Shown: positions 62,582-64,000 of the stretch, one piece after another
Position numbering within the stretch: position 1 is the first letter of the stretch
How the letters are laid out: every line of letters starts with the position of its first letter
NCBI GenBank assembly: GCA_964106915.2
Contig: OZ066917.1
DNA length: 64,000 nt
Reading direction: 5' to 3' (one strand)
Origin: Podarcis gaigeae
Lineage: Eukaryota
Made by a program: the position numbers and the translations under genes
Notes under the pieces: generated by a model
Databases searched by the model: none
Seen by the model: the letters and a program-made list of their open reading frames with translations, nothing else
What the model was told of the DNA's origin: nothing

Positions 62582-64000
62582 ATATGTTCAAAACCCACCT
62601 CATCTGAAAGCTCTTCATACTTCATTTATATTGCAAAGTGGAAAGTTTTGTTTAGGTTTGGCACTTCCCTTGGGAGGAGTGAGGACCGAGGGTGACTTTG
62701 CAGACATCTGTTTATTTACAGTATATAAACGGAGGAAGACGTTATAAGAATGCAATAGGAGGAAACAAGCAGGCACTGCTAATTCCACAACAATATTTAG
62801 TGTAGGTTAAGTATCAGCAAGAGGGATCAAGATGGATTAAAAGGTGCTTGATCCACCTGAAACAAAAATCTGATGATTGACAAAAGCAAATTTATTCAGA
62901 AGGTGTCTTGCAATCATGAGCTGAAGGTGCCATGCGATGGTAAATGCACAAACTTCCCTGGGCAGTCTGTTTTAGCATCATCTCCATCACTGAAACAAAG
63001 TCTCTTTGTGTTTTAAATTTGTTCAGCGTTACCCACAGTATGGATACTATCATTTAATCTGCAGTGTCTTGTACCTTCATTAATTTTCCATTATTATCAA
63101 TCTGATTATCTCCACTAAATATCTAAATCTCCCTTCCCACACTTTCCCCCTCCTCAGTCCAGATATTCTCATTTCCTCTCCTTTTTGCAGTATCCCTCAT
63201 ATGAGAAAATCCTGACTGTGGGAGAGGATAGTGTGGGAAGATGGTGGTTTGGAAGAGAACATCATATGGACAACAGAGAATTAGTGGAGGTGCAGGAAGC
63301 TTATTATCCACATTAAACGACAATGTGGATGAGCACAGAATGTCAGCCTCTGCAGGAGTTCCTTACTTGATCTTTGTCAATTCGTGTGTATTTTCTCTTT
63401 CTGTATTTGGGTCAGAAGCAGCAAACATCTGGTCAGCATTCCATACTTTTTGCCTCTGACATCACGTCATATTATTAGGGAGACTGAGTTTGTCAGACAC
63501 TAATATAAAATATTTGTTCCAAGGTCCTCTAGATTCCACAGCTAGACTAGTTACCGAGTTGCAAATTACATGACAATTTGGTACTAGGGATCTGCTAGCA
63601 CACATGGTGTGCCTCCTATGCACAATTATTGTAACAGGGGAAAAATGCATTTCAGATTAGAATGAGATGCATTGTATTTACTCTGGATCATACTGGACAG
63701 CAGGCAGCATTGTATAATCATCATGAAAGAAGCTATTGTAAATCATATTCTTCAGGGACAAAAAAATGCTGCTAGCTGAATGTGAGGCCTCAACCATTAT
63801 CTTGCATCTGCAATTTTTACTTACATTTGGTTTGGCTTTGCTCTTTATGTAAAGTAAAAATATAAAACGATAAAATGAGAAATATGTTGGTATGACTAAA
63901 AAATGAAGCTTGGACCAAACAGGTAGGTAAGAAGTGTCAGGCAGGTGGTTAAAAAAGCATTTTGCTAAGCTCTACCCATGATTCAAAACAATAAAAAATA

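Noticed and set aside
1-64000. CRISPR arrays, rRNA, operons or autonomous transposase/RT genes
   Set aside because: Vertebrate DNA with no repeat-spacer array, rRNA similarity or long TE coding frame

Overview
Eukaryotic genomic DNA from a squamate reptile, most likely a lacertid lizard (inferred from Sauria SINEs and other squamate SINE, BovB and Penelope repeats). Two spliced protein-coding genes lie on the minus strand. (1) A complete MED14 gene (Mediator subunit 14): 31 coding exons from ATG at 48744 to TAG at 12424-12426. My exon assembly sums to 4323 nt = 1440 aa + stop with consistent phases. It includes a U12-type (minor spliceosome) intron 7 and a 27-nt microexon 2. (2) Directly downstream, the 5' part of a CXorf38 homolog (exons 1-4 and part of exon 5, running off the left edge). 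Both genes start in CpG islands. The rest is intronic/intergenic DNA with SINEs, LINE tails, Tc1/mariner and hAT MITEs, a Penelope-derived hairpin insertion, a solo LTR and microsatellites. About 50.3-64 kb has no gene I can recognise. I see no clear new biological system. The best leads are a HEPN-like RxxxxH motif in the uncharacterised CXorf38 protein, a minimal hammerhead ribozyme inside a 77-bp hairpin next to MED14 exon 24, the U12 intron, and several candidate splicing/translation control features. Gene and repeat names come from recognition, not database searches.
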